DNA from: a virus
Taxonomy: Duplodnaviria > Caudoviricetes
Virus record (IMG/VR): IMGVR_UViG_3300032301_000105
Span: 1 to 36,960 of that record
Reading direction: 5' to 3' (one strand)
Length of the DNA: 36,960 bases
The notes under the pieces were generated by a model. The model saw only the letters and a program-made list of their open reading frames with translations, was not told where the DNA came from and searched no databases. Positions 20,201-27,597 of this stretch are shown here, piece by piece. The translations under genes and the position numbers were made by a program. Every line of letters starts with the position of its first letter. The first letter of the stretch is position 1.

Positions 20201-23109
20201 TTTGCTCCCTTTGTTCCTTGAGAAATTATAGGAGTTGTTCCTGCTCCAAGCCTGTTCATGTTAACAACGGTTCCTTCTGGAACCTGAACTCCGTGGTATG
20301 TACCTGCTGGAAGTGTTACAGTTGATGACCCAGTTACTACTTTACCTTTACTATTAACTCTTTCAACAATGTCAAAGTCTTTAATCAAACCTTGTCTTTT
20401 TGCTTCATCAAGAATTCTTCTGCTTTCTTCTGGTGTTGTTCCAAGACCCTTACCCATATTAAATCTATAGTCTGAAACATAAAGTTGCTGAGACTTTACA
20501 TAACCTGGATCGTTTGGACTTATTACCTTTGGAATTTCTTTTTTATACAGATCATCCATTATTCCATCATTTATGTGTGGGCTTTTAACATCTTGAATCA
20601 CCTTTAAGAAAGCATCGTCTAGGGCTTGTGCCTGTACTGGGCTCATTCCAGATGGTGCCCATTTTGCTGCGCCTAGTTTTACCCACTCATCTATGAATAC
20701 TTGCTTAGGAACTCCGCTTGTGAAACTTGGCATAGCCTTGTTCATCCACTCAGGGAAATTAAACATTAGGCTGTGTTTTGTTGTTGTTACTGGTGGCAAT
20801 CCCTGAGATACAAGAACCTGCTCCATAGTTATAAGTTTTAATTTTTGATCAGCAGACATATTGGGGTTAGATTTAATTATGTCTGATATAAGTCTTGGCT
20901 CACTCTTTCCACCTACGTGGGTTTCATTAATTGGCTGAGCATCTGTTGTTCCACCATTAAACCCTTGAATAGTTCCTCCTGCAACCATGTGTGCAATAAA
21001 TGGTCTGTTTGCTGGGTCCTGTGCTGCCTGCTGAGGAATTACTGCTTCACCTGGTGTCAATACTGATGGAACAGTATCCTTGTTTCCTGTTCCTGGAACC
21101 CTTGTAGTTCCAGTAGAATATTTCTTAGGCCCTGGCATTCTTTTACCAGCAGGTGGACCAGTAAATCCTAACTGTGCTGCGATGGCTCTTCTATACGCAT
21201 TGGCCAGCATGTTAACTGCTGATGCTTCAGATGTAAAGGTTTGCTTAAGTTTGGTGTGTACTTGATCAAGAGATGCTGCTACTGCTGATGCCTCTAGTTG
21301 CTCTTTAGTTAAATAGTTTGTCTGGTCCCCCAAAACTTTGCTGGCAGAGCCAGTTTTATTGTACATGGACTTCATTCCTGCAAATAATTTAATAATGTTG
21401 GCAACTGCGTTTGCAATCAAACCAAATGTCATAAGAAGAACTGGACCAACGCCTGCTACTGCAACTGTAAATATAGTTAAAAACTTCTTGCTACCATCTC
21501 CAAGGTTATTGAACTTGTCAAGAATTTTTCCAACAAACTCAACAATAGGGGTGAGCGCTTTTAGAAATTGCTCTCCTACAGGAGCAATAGCAACCTTTAA
21601 GTCTTCCATAGATTTTTTAAACTTATAGGTTGTTGTGTTTTGAATTCTGCTTAATTCTCTTTCAGACAAAATTGCTAGTTCTTCTGTTGTTGCATTTGCA
21701 AGTTTTAGTACTCTTGCTGCCTGTGTGCCTTCACCTATTACGTTTTGAAATAGTGTTGAAAGTCTTGAGAACTGGAACTTACCAAACAACTGCTCAATAG
21801 CACGAGCACGGTTAAGTGGATCTAGGGTGTCTAGGGCTTGAGCAAAACCAATAACAGTGCTCTTTACATCGCCCTTGTTTGATTCAACAATACCCTTGAT
21901 ATTTATTCCAAGACCCATAAGCATCTTTGATGCTTTTTCTGATGGGTTAATTAGTGATGCAAGTCCAGACTTAAGTGCGTTAGCGCCTTCAGATGCATTA
22001 ATTCCACCTTCCTTCATTGCTGTAAGGAAGAAGGCTAAATCTTCTACATCTCCACCCAACTGCTGAACAACTGGTCCAGCCTTTGGCATTGCGATTGTTA
22101 AATCTTCAATTGATACAACAGTTTGGTTTTCAACTGCGTTCAGGAAGTCAATCTTTTTGGAAAGATCTTCTGTTGCAACACCAAACGCATTTGTTACTGA
22201 AATAGTTGTTTCTAAAGCCTGTGTCTGCTCTACACCACCAAGGACTGCAAGACGAGTTGCTTGTGCAACCTGTGCAGTTAGGTCTGCACCCATCTTACCC
22301 ATTGCTGCTGCATCTGCAGCCATCTTCATTGTATCTTCTACGGCTACGCCATATTTAGTGTATTCTTTTGCAAGCAGTTGAATCTGCTTGACCATTTGAT
22401 CAGTTTCTTCTTGTGTCGTAAAGAGTTCTCCATACACACGCTTGAATCTAATAGCCTGCTCTTCAAGTTTCATGAATGTCTTTGAAGCAGTTGTTCCAAG
22501 CATTGCTAGAGGAACAGTAAAACCAACCATCAACTGACGGCCTGCCCACTGAGTATTCTTACCGAAGTTTAAAAGGTTTGTTGAGCCTTGCTTTAAAAGT
22601 TGATTAAGTAGTTGCTGTCTTTGTGCAGCAATGGCAGTCTGTGTGCCAAGATTTTTCATGTCAAGAGTTAGAGGTCTTACTGCAATTGCCTGTAAGGATC
22701 CATTTGCACCACGACCCAGTTTAATGTACTGGGTCTGTATATCCTTTACACGCTCTCGTGCAACCTTATTGATTGTTTCAAATTCAGTCTTAAATAATCT
22801 ACCGAATGTTTTTGTTGCTGCACCAGTGTATCTAAAATACTCTCTTGATGTTAATTTGTTTCTTTCTAAAGAGTCAGTAAACTGCTCTGTACTTGACGTT
22901 ACTGATCGCATTGATGCCTGGAATTGTCCAGTAGCATTTATGCTGTTCATCAAGTTCTGTGCTTGATTTGCTGCCACCGCAGATGCTGCAGTGCCAGACT
23001 TTGCCATTTGTGTATGGAAGGCTGATATTTGACGTTGTAGAAGTTTTAGACTTGCTAAAGCATCAGACGTATCAATATTTACATGAATATTGGATTCTAC
23101 ATCAGCCAT
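14224..23109 (-). CDS. tape measure protein (2961 aa) with internal cargo domains
   Basis: TP901-type TMP core (about aa 210-450: MGKMGADL...NAFG...AMKEGGINASEGANALKSGL), hydrophobic segments, long coiled-coil C-half, position after chaperones; SD AGAGGTG. Confidence 0.93.
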   Translation of the reverse strand: MADVESNIHVNIDTSDALASLKLLQRQISAFHTQMAKSGTAASAVAANQAQNLMNSINATGQFQASMRSVTSSTEQFTDSLERNKLTSREYFRYTGAATKTFGRLFKTEFETINKVARERVKDIQTQYIKLGRGANGSLQAIAVRPLTLDMKNLGTQTAIAAQRQQLLNQLLKQGSTNLLNFGKNTQWAGRQLMVGFTVPLAMLGTTASKTFMKLEEQAIRFKRVYGELFTTQEETDQMVKQIQLLAKEYTKYGVAVEDTMKMAADAAAMGKMGADLTAQVAQATRLAVLGGVEQTQALETTISVTNAFGVATEDLSKKIDFLNAVENQTVVSIEDLTIAMPKAGPVVQQLGGDVEDLAFFLTAMKEGGINASEGANALKSGLASLINPSEKASKMLMGLGINIKGIVESNKGDVKSTVIGFAQALDTLDPLNRARAIEQLFGKFQFSRLSTLFQNVIGEGTQAARVLKLANATTEELAILSERELSRIQNTTTYKFKKSMEDLKVAIAPVGEQFLKALTPIVEFVGKILDKFNNLGDGSKKFLTIFTVAVAGVGPVLLMTFGLIANAVANIIKLFAGMKSMYNKTGSASKVLGDQTNYLTKEQLEASAVAASLDQVHTKLKQTFTSEASAVNMLANAYRRAIAAQLGFTGPPAGKRMPGPKKYSTGTTRVPGTGNKDTVPSVLTPGEAVIPQQAAQDPANRPFIAHMVAGGTIQGFNGGTTDAQPINETHVGGKSEPRLISDIIKSNPNMSADQKLKLITMEQVLVSQGLPPVTTTKHSLMFNFPEWMNKAMPSFTSGVPKQVFIDEWVKLGAAKWAPSGMSPVQAQALDDAFLKVIQDVKSPHINDGIMDDLYKKEIPKVISPNDPGYVKSQQLYVSDYRFNMGKGLGTTPEESRRILDEAKRQGLIKDFDIVERVNSKGKVVTGSSTVTLPAGTYHGVQVPEGTVVNMNRLGAGTTPIISQGTKGAKKTKIAVPLVAPKLIDIEKALEHKEKLKEVATAASQTQYGAKKPTNFGVQETQSSGRSNFMSTIGGVYTKPDGKKVFVKPMLSELDAVAEKRATEIARSVHGLAAPKQTIRTMIDPTDIDEPDVNKKRKVIVLESPFDPRFDPNTMPKTFTERDYFRQLVASSLRADKDLKKGNLGGNVLADVGAAGVFDKASGTRSYSAGLPSMQDIAMHNLKGVPGANANASPFWFGNATADIPQNIQSAEDYERKIKEEINRTLPKLRKTIDGFKLADGDPAKKVYEDMYKRLQAGLDADWKKVYNFHRSILVKPDEVLQDKKGDIKPISTKPNNGKLKSDSGSIKDTRVAPKSVASQVRQGPRGRVIGKADAPNIDLTKQNLSMPGSVVRLSDAVVAGAKTSIAEAKAVGSTIGTTLSQSAAAASRTALYGAGPVDAEAKSVRRRLQKIQREDAKTQAKIAASRTKLYGVGPIDAEAKSLRRQMEKRSKIANSVGYQKRIISEKAAAQFTPAPAVSQTPIGPVMANGKFETTKAQRFKSNTMSTLKASGPGGQGMGAAMGVASGVAMIGSMAPGKVGEISQKIMMPLMGMAMIMPMLQNKFAALAVGVGAIVAAYAYQRIAFDKAQDAAMELTEAMGSGSNAMKSLSEFSTTVGAGEIMSKRRKDSFSPFQIKTGKTTFGESYMAGEGGKAMAKNVTQTMKMSGKGVAKDQVANQLSTAVASGVLSAEQARSIAANLGKELGDYSFGIEVNAKLIKLLGPKGENILKDGVDLEVRLLQETRKKMNLSTDSARKAGGWTAKDAGVSAGYTAAGMGIGAVGGAIAGGGIGGLIGSIVGPAGTIAGAVIGAKVGALAGTAIGGIAGNFFGRKDRSKRIGESSGASVAMQKIALQQQQELTDSVELQYQKELAVAEAAGDTAEIKRLTTNFEADQLRLLGENATLVGDIQKSYAESDGATKDALMTGADKAVTKQYKGTALEDVVPLAQTQINDSGISKEMQYTLKMQMASGQIDPMQMIEIFDTFGKDKASVESVVTIIGQFGGAFANQMMGIVGMFKDKKQAADFVARIKTQTAAEAQKELELFQRISQSATVVDKDVLLNYYNSNPDAAKDLQKSIDVIDALKGKVTLDIVAKTEVFGAEEMALLKADQEYFDKLPAEQQKVYLQNMKVMMSMEGDPAMQLAYKNWLGEKGEDGKTNAGKSFQDYVTAKTQTVTETSGDTTKPPPTTTTGTGTKVQSSPLDDLVKKLRDVRKNQIKVTEGWSASRKALDGLFGGSKTLDAFSGIENDIRKIGGSEDLISLIVGMDPKEYEKKKNSLFKFDNKGNIIALKKDAKNIQEALNSVAMGDFNSKTEAETEVIKDQAIAFKKLTSIGVPVAEAYELVENAGLAQAIAMEKNSKSVATLAKNYNILTAAQKRQAAVKAVTTDIDQFKKDRVQEDRIRKNYSSTTAFALGLDENLRALEDARATQQAKLQRLIDTKSKPEYIKTAQDDLKVISDNFDTRLNQLKSTIGFMQDMFDKGFGNAMEAFDVQETALNIKFKLDTKSQEDVMKKAQEEIALIQYKVDDKEAALKAIEDQEQKINDKYDERIKALDEVEKANAAISNQQKGQLTLAEALTSGDIAAAARAAQDMRAQQAADAVTKQKDAIEKSREYELMGATGLDKTDGKLKTRKQLEQEIKNLQDEVFKIEEDRIEPAQEFVRLRQIQLDKDIEGLTVLGKTRDAWEAIKNQVDLAMINSKKFIESMQLALSTKDNLINGYNTELASGNDPIVSAAYSSTDPEIKGAVAAVVTADEKKVLEEKKAIDDAAIAALDKAIKGKDDGLSSSLGFDLGDRSDYLLLDGDKGRTAAQQSAADAAAKAQAAAAQAAADAKAAAANATKLLTSGGGFFRLSEGRMSMGGLVPKYFAAGGYAVGTDTVPAMLTPGEFVMSKYAVDSYGVDNLKKINNGDTTGGAVYNNTYTLTVNAKTDANPNEIARAVMSTIKEVDDRRVRGVVINGR
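18769..18954 (-). repeat. imperfect in-frame tandem repeat in TMP, 114-nt period
   Basis: AASRTALYGAGPVDAEAKSVRRRL vs AASRTKLYGVGPIDAEAKSLRRQM. Confidence 0.85.
19280..20060 (-). other. HipA/PI3-4K-like kinase domain embedded in the TMP
   Basis: GGVY..DGKKVFVK (K1048), AVAEKRATEIARSVHGLAAP (E1059), DKDLKKGN (D1138/N1143), LADVG (D1151). Confidence 0.7.
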
Positions 23110-23127
23110 CCATTAACACCTCTTTAT

Positions 23128-23454
23128 TTAGTTATTTGCAAGGCTGCCGATTAGTGATGCGTCAGAAAGTTTAATTCCTGATGCTTCTTCGACAATCTTG
23201 TATACTGTTGGAAGATCTAGATTTTCTTCTAGGGCTTCCTTGTCTTCTGCCAACTCTGGCTTGTATTGTTTCATTGCGATTTGAACACAGTCCATTAGCA
23301 AATCCATAGACTTTTCGTTATCTTCTGCAACCTTTGCAATATCTTCAAACTTCTTCATAAATGGACGAAGTAGTGAGATTTTAAGTGGTCTAACCTTGAT
23401 CTTAGTACCATCAATTAGTGTTACTGTTTTTTCTTCTGTTGTGGCGGTTGCCAT
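23128..23454 (-). CDS. tail assembly chaperone, short form (G-like)
   Basis: Lies between major tail and TMP; SD AAGGAGG; paralog of the N-half of the upstream gene. Confidence 0.75.
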   Translation of the reverse strand: MATATTEEKTVTLIDGTKIKVRPLKISLLRPFMKKFEDIAKVAEDNEKSMDLLMDCVQIAMKQYKPELAEDKEALEENLDLPTVYKIVEEASGIKLSDASLIGSLANN

Positions 23455-23480
23455 TTATTCCTCCTTATAAGGTTTAGTCA

Positions 23481-23489
23481 ATTATACCA
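23481..23489 (-). promoter_or_regulatory. extended -10 promoter TGGTATAAT with SD-containing leader
   Basis: TGGTATAAT-tgactaaaccttat-AAGGAGG-aataa-ATG. Confidence 0.65.
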
Positions 23490-23509
23490 TAGCGGAGGCT
23501 TATTTTTTG

Positions 23510-24190
23510 CTATTCATAAACCTCGTAGGTTAGACCCATACCAATTCCAAACCCTGCTTTTTCGGCGTTTGCACCCTGTAATGCAAGAATATCTCTTCCA
23601 TCTGTTGTTGCTCCATTGCTAAACACTCTGGCCTTCATGTCTTCCCATTCATTACCACTACCAGAGTTTTTATCTAAATCTACACCTTGCATAGCAGCAG
23701 CAAATTTTTTATCGCTATAATCTAATTCTCTTTTTATTTTTAATGTGGCTGTGAGTTCTTGCATTGACATTGATGATTCTAACTGGTCATAGTCTTTCCA
23801 TATACCGATTAAAAAAACCTCTGATTCCAGTTTTGCTAAGTCTAGCGTATCCCAAGTCGATCCACTATCAACTGCTTGATTTTTAACAGTATCTTCTGAC
23901 TTCTCATTAATCTTAATTCCTGCTGCAATATCGATTACTTCGTATATTGTTGGTAGATCAAGGTTGTCTTCTAGATCTTCTATTGTTTTAATTGATGGGC
24001 AGTACTGTTGCATTGCTATTAGGGCACACTGAGCCAGAACTGATATTGATTCATCATCCGTTTTTGCTTCCTTGATTGTTTCAAAGGTTTCTAAGAATTC
24101 TCTTAAATATTTAATTTTTAATGGAGCAGCAACAACAATCCTATCATCCACTAATGATATTTTTTTGGTTTCGTATATTTTTGTTGCCAT
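23510..24190 (-). CDS. tail assembly chaperone, long form (GT-like, 226 aa)
   Basis: Start moved to ATG 24190, 6 nt after TGGTATACT; the N-terminal ~95 aa align with the short chaperone, followed by an in-frame C-terminal extension. Confidence 0.72.
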   Translation of the reverse strand: MATKIYETKKISLVDDRIVVAAPLKIKYLREFLETFETIKEAKTDDESISVLAQCALIAMQQYCPSIKTIEDLEDNLDLPTIYEVIDIAAGIKINEKSEDTVKNQAVDSGSTWDTLDLAKLESEVFLIGIWKDYDQLESSMSMQELTATLKIKRELDYSDKKFAAAMQGVDLDKNSGSGNEWEDMKARVFSNGATTDGRDILALQGANAEKAGFGIGMGLTYEVYE

Positions 24191-24196
24191 TATACA

Positions 24197-24205
24197 AGTA
24201 TACCA
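24197..24205 (-). promoter_or_regulatory. extended -10 promoter TGGTATACT, leaderless
   Basis: TGGTATACT-tgtata-ATG directly after a terminator hairpin; no SD. Confidence 0.65.
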
Positions 24206-24209
24206 AACA

Positions 24210-24241
24210 GAAAGGCCCAACCCCGAAGGATTGAGCCTCTC
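24210..24241 (-). terminator. intrinsic terminator-like hairpin after the major tail gene
   Basis: GAGAGGCTCAATCC-TTCG-GGGTTGGGCCTTTC, 14-bp stem with GU pairs and a cUUCGg tetraloop, followed by TGTTT. Confidence 0.75.
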
Positions 24242-24254
24242 ATATTAAGTTGTA

Positions 24255-24923
24255 TTATGCTAGAGAACGATCTACGATTCTACCGTATGATGCGTCATCG
24301 TTTGGAAGAAGACGGAATGATACTTCAAACATTGAAGCCTCATCACGCTTTGCTGATACTGTTACATTCTCAATTGAGAGTGCACGGTATGCAACATAAA
24401 TTCTTTCCTTTGGATCTGCTGCAGAACCAGAACCTGGTCCTACTGCTACAAGACCACGCTCTAATGGAACGTCGCCAATGTCGCCTGCAGACATCTTGAG
24501 AGTCTGTAGACCTGCTGCTTCTGGAGATAAGTCTCCTTCTTCTCCACCTTTACCTGCAATTGCTACTAGAAGATTTTCTAGTGTTGCCTCTGCAAAAGAT
24601 GTATTTAGATTAACTGTCATACCTTGCTTGAATAAACGAGCAACGTCGAGAAGTTGATCTACTGCTACATCACCAAAGTCTGGCTGGAATGCGAGTTCCA
24701 AACCGTTTGATGTATAACCGATGTTTGTGAATGCATTGTTGTTTGACAATGTATGCTTGTATGATACTTCGCTTGCTGCTAATCCTGTTAGGACTGCGTC
24801 TGCTCCTGCATCAGTAATCTTATTGGTTGCTTCAACGTAACCAATTGGACCTGCATTATGTGTAAAAAGTGCTGCTGCACCCACGATAATGTTACTACTT
24901 GAACCACGACTATAATTAGCCAT
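24255..24923 (-). CDS. major tail (tube) protein (222 aa)
   Basis: Start moved to ATG 24923 (SD AGAGGTG); NIIVGAAALF...IGYTSNGLEL...VDQLLD...FAEATLENL; followed by a terminator and the chaperones. Confidence 0.85.
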   Translation of the reverse strand: MANYSRGSSSNIIVGAAALFTHNAGPIGYVEATNKITDAGADAVLTGLAASEVSYKHTLSNNNAFTNIGYTSNGLELAFQPDFGDVAVDQLLDVARLFKQGMTVNLNTSFAEATLENLLVAIAGKGGEEGDLSPEAAGLQTLKMSAGDIGDVPLERGLVAVGPGSGSAADPKERIYVAYRALSIENVTVSAKRDEASMFEVSFRLLPNDDASYGRIVDRSLA

Positions 24924-24973
24924 ATATCTCACCTCTTTCATTTTTATTAAAAGGGGGTTGTTTCCTCACTCTA

Positions 24974-24979
24974 ATTATA
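24974..24979 (-). promoter_or_regulatory. -10 box TATAAT upstream of the major tail gene
   Basis: TGGTAG-TATAAT in the intergenic gap, about 50 nt before the start. Confidence 0.45.
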
Positions 24980-24987
24980 CTACCATT

Positions 24988-25575
24988 TTATGCAGATATT
25001 TCTGGCCAAACAGCATGCCAGTCGTAGTCGATGATGATCTTATTCCCCGCATAGGTACGGGCTGTGCCAAAGTCTATGATATCTCTGGTTTCCTCTAGTT
25101 GATAGATCTTGAAGTTATGGAAATGTGGCACATAGAATGTTCCGTAGCCTGGTACTGAGGCAACTGGTCTTTTACCTGCATCTTCGACAATGCTAAGATT
25201 TGAACGAATCCATACGTTTATATCCTCTGCTGACTCGTCCCCACGGTCTAAAAGATCTTGAATATTTTGGGTTATTCTGATTAGGTTAGAAACTGCATCC
25301 TCTGTTAAAGCATTAAAATAGTAAAGGAGTTGTTCACATTTTATATGTGGAAAAGGAAGCCTTCTCATTTTAAACATCCTATCATAAATTGCAGCATTTC
25401 CATTAAAACTAAACCTTGTTCCTTCTGTTAAATCTTGTATTGAAAGATTTTCTGATGCAGCAAGCATATCTGTTGGAACTGTTGGAAACATAGGGATAGC
25501 ACCAAAGTCTGGACCTAATTTTTGCTGTAAATAAAAATTAATAAATGATGGTGGATGATCAATAGTTGTAGCCAT
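24988..25575 (-). CDS. tail terminator/completion-like protein (195 aa)
   Basis: Start moved to ATG 25575 (TAATG overlap); position just before major tail; function from synteny. Confidence 0.55.
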   Translation of the reverse strand: MATTIDHPPSFINFYLQQKLGPDFGAIPMFPTVPTDMLAASENLSIQDLTEGTRFSFNGNAAIYDRMFKMRRLPFPHIKCEQLLYYFNALTEDAVSNLIRITQNIQDLLDRGDESAEDINVWIRSNLSIVEDAGKRPVASVPGYGTFYVPHFHNFKIYQLEETRDIIDFGTARTYAGNKIIIDYDWHAVWPEISA

Positions 25576-26249
25576 TACGCACCCATTCCTGCATTGGCAA
25601 TCCAACGATATCCAGTTGATAGTCCCTTTGCTTTACCCATTTTTTTACCTGCTGGCATATTCTTTTTATAAACTTGAGGATTTTCAAGATATTTTGCAAT
25701 ACCGCTTGTTCTTAAAAATGCTTGAGAAAAATATTTATTAAAGAACATGTCAAAGGCTTTTTCAAAACCGCCTTCGGCTTCTGTTCCACCAGGATTTACA
25801 ATCTCTACTGGGCCTCTAGTAAAAACAGTTTCGCCATTGTCGTCAAATGCTAAAACTTGTGCTGCCTTTGGTCTAATTGTAACTGGAATACCATACTCCA
25901 TAATTCTTGCCTTATCATAAAATGGTGTGCGAGACCCATTTTTTATAGAAGTTGATTGGCTAAAAGATGATCTAAAGGACAGACCCAGGTTACTTGTTGT
26001 ATAAGATATATCGTATAGCCTTCCATCTGGGCTTCCAGTCATAGTCCATTCGTAAACGTGACGAAGCATATCTGGATTAACTCTTGCGTTAGAGTCTATA
26101 AACTCTTTCATAACTTCTACTGTTTCCATTCCTAAAGTTTTTAGAAATACGGTCTTTCCTTTTTGAACTCCTTCTAGAAAACCTATAGAGTAGTTAACAA
26201 TGTTGTTCATATCTTTTTTAAATTGCTTTGAATTAAATGTTGTTATCAT
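25575..26249 (-). CDS. neck/tail-completion-like virion protein
   Basis: FYDKARIMEYGIPVTIRPKAAQVLAF resembles the HK97 gp10-like ExGT..I.PK..K.L.F pattern; synteny. Confidence 0.55.
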   Translation of the reverse strand: MITTFNSKQFKKDMNNIVNYSIGFLEGVQKGKTVFLKTLGMETVEVMKEFIDSNARVNPDMLRHVYEWTMTGSPDGRLYDISYTTSNLGLSFRSSFSQSTSIKNGSRTPFYDKARIMEYGIPVTIRPKAAQVLAFDDNGETVFTRGPVEIVNPGGTEAEGGFEKAFDMFFNKYFSQAFLRTSGIAKYLENPQVYKKNMPAGKKMGKAKGLSTGYRWIANAGMGA

Positions 26250-26695
26250 ACATCACCCGACTGATTTTCTGATCTTCTTATTACTAACTTATAGGACTCT
26301 ACAGTTCCAAAAGGTCCAGTAAAAGGTTCAAAGGTCGCTATCTCAAACAAAGTTCCCTTTCCCGATCTAGGGCCAGATGTTTCCATGTATATAAGGTTTC
26401 CCTCTTGATCTCTAATATCAGATATTAAAACATTTGTTAATGCATTTTTGCTATCAAGCGAAGAAATCCTAATGTCTGATTTTGCTCTTCCTACAAGAAT
26501 TGAGTTTTGAGTGATGTTTACGTTTGGCTTTACTTCTTCTTTAAATGCAGAACCACCAGAACTAAAACTACATGCAAATACTCTATCTAAAACCCAATGC
26601 TTTTTAATTGAGCCAAAGTCCCCTTGCTCTACTATTGGATGATATACAGATGCCTGCATTGGAAACATAAAATCTGGTGTCTCACAAACTGTCAT
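26246..26695 (-). CDS. head closure/stopper-like protein
   Basis: 149-aa beta-rich ORF after the adaptor; ATGA and TAATG coupling. Confidence 0.55.
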   Translation of the reverse strand: MTVCETPDFMFPMQASVYHPIVEQGDFGSIKKHWVLDRVFACSFSSGGSAFKEEVKPNVNITQNSILVGRAKSDIRISSLDSKNALTNVLISDIRDQEGNLIYMETSGPRSGKGTLFEIATFEPFTGPFGTVESYKLVIRRSENQSGDV

Positions 26696-27591
26696 TATAA
26701 AACCCCAATTTTTGTAATAGACTTAGCATACTTAGAAAGTATCTTGTCTACGATTATATTTCCTGTTCCTTCGAAAAGACCCTTGTCAAACTGAATTCTA
26801 AACTGATCTGTATTGTAAGAAGAAATAAATCTCTTGTAATAGTCTAACTTTCCACACTCTATATCGTGAACAAGCATCTCTGTTGCTCTAACAATATCTG
26901 ATGGAACTGCTGTGTATCCATGCTCTACTGTAATCCTGTAGTCCCAAGTTCTACCAAACCCTCTATATACAAATTGTGGGTCAAGAGAATCTGATGCTGC
27001 TGCAGGTAAAACTAGTGGTGCTGACTCTGCTCTGTTAATATTATCTGTTGACTTTTCAACAATTGCTGTCTTGTCTGATGTAACTTCGTACTGTCTATCC
27101 TGTACCAACTTATTATTTTCGTATACTTCCAATACCTTTTTTACATCATCCCAGATAGGTAAATAGTCTGACCCAGTTCCTGTAAAATTTAAAACCTTTT
27201 TCTTATAGTAAAATCCTTCTGGGACTACTGAGTCAATAACTGCTCTTGCAATTTCTTCATTTAAAGCGTATGTTGCTATGTCAGATGCTGTATTTGCTTT
27301 TGTAGATGGGTCTACGTATGGCCTTACAATTTCATAAGTTTCGTCTTGAAGAATTATTTCTCCAACTGCCCCAAAATTTTTAACAATTTCAACTCTATAA
27401 GAAGAATCGTAGTTTCCTGGCAAAGATATCTGAAGAACATTTCCTGCTATCTTATTTAAGAAGGTTGATGTTGATACTGAAAGATCCGCCATATCTGTTA
27501 TAGTTACAGTTATAGTTGATGATGTTATTCCCGCAGGAACTACAAAATTAACAGATACATCTGCATATGGCGGAACTCTCAATATTTCCAT
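26695..27591 (-). CDS. head-tail adaptor-like protein
   Basis: C-terminal YRITVEHGYTAVPSDIVRATEMLV matches the adaptor-type GY..VP.DI..A motif; position after capsid. Confidence 0.65.
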   Translation of the reverse strand: MEILRVPPYADVSVNFVVPAGITSSTITVTITDMADLSVSTSTFLNKIAGNVLQISLPGNYDSSYRVEIVKNFGAVGEIILQDETYEIVRPYVDPSTKANTASDIATYALNEEIARAVIDSVVPEGFYYKKKVLNFTGTGSDYLPIWDDVKKVLEVYENNKLVQDRQYEVTSDKTAIVEKSTDNINRAESAPLVLPAAASDSLDPQFVYRGFGRTWDYRITVEHGYTAVPSDIVRATEMLVHDIECGKLDYYKRFISSYNTDQFRIQFDKGLFEGTGNIIVDKILSKYAKSITKIGVL

Positions 27592-27597
27592 ATTAAA

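Noticed and set aside
14432-22966. Many plus-strand ORFs of 60-130 aa within the TMP, and similar ones at 7590-8012 and 29492-30046
   Set aside because: Antisense shadows caused by codon bias of the minus-strand genes; low-complexity Ser/Phe/Ala-rich products with no recognisable motifs.
23810-23816. U UUU UUA slippery-like heptamer in the long chaperone gene
   Set aside because: It lies inside the C-terminal extension rather than at the G/T boundary, a -1 shift would stop within about 8 codons, and I saw no stimulatory structure; likely chance in AT-rich DNA.
9214-26700. TATAATG at junctions 9217, 13602 and 26695 resembling -10 boxes
   Set aside because: Here TAATG is the overlapping stop-start of translationally coupled genes; a -10 box overlapping the ATG could not transcribe that start.
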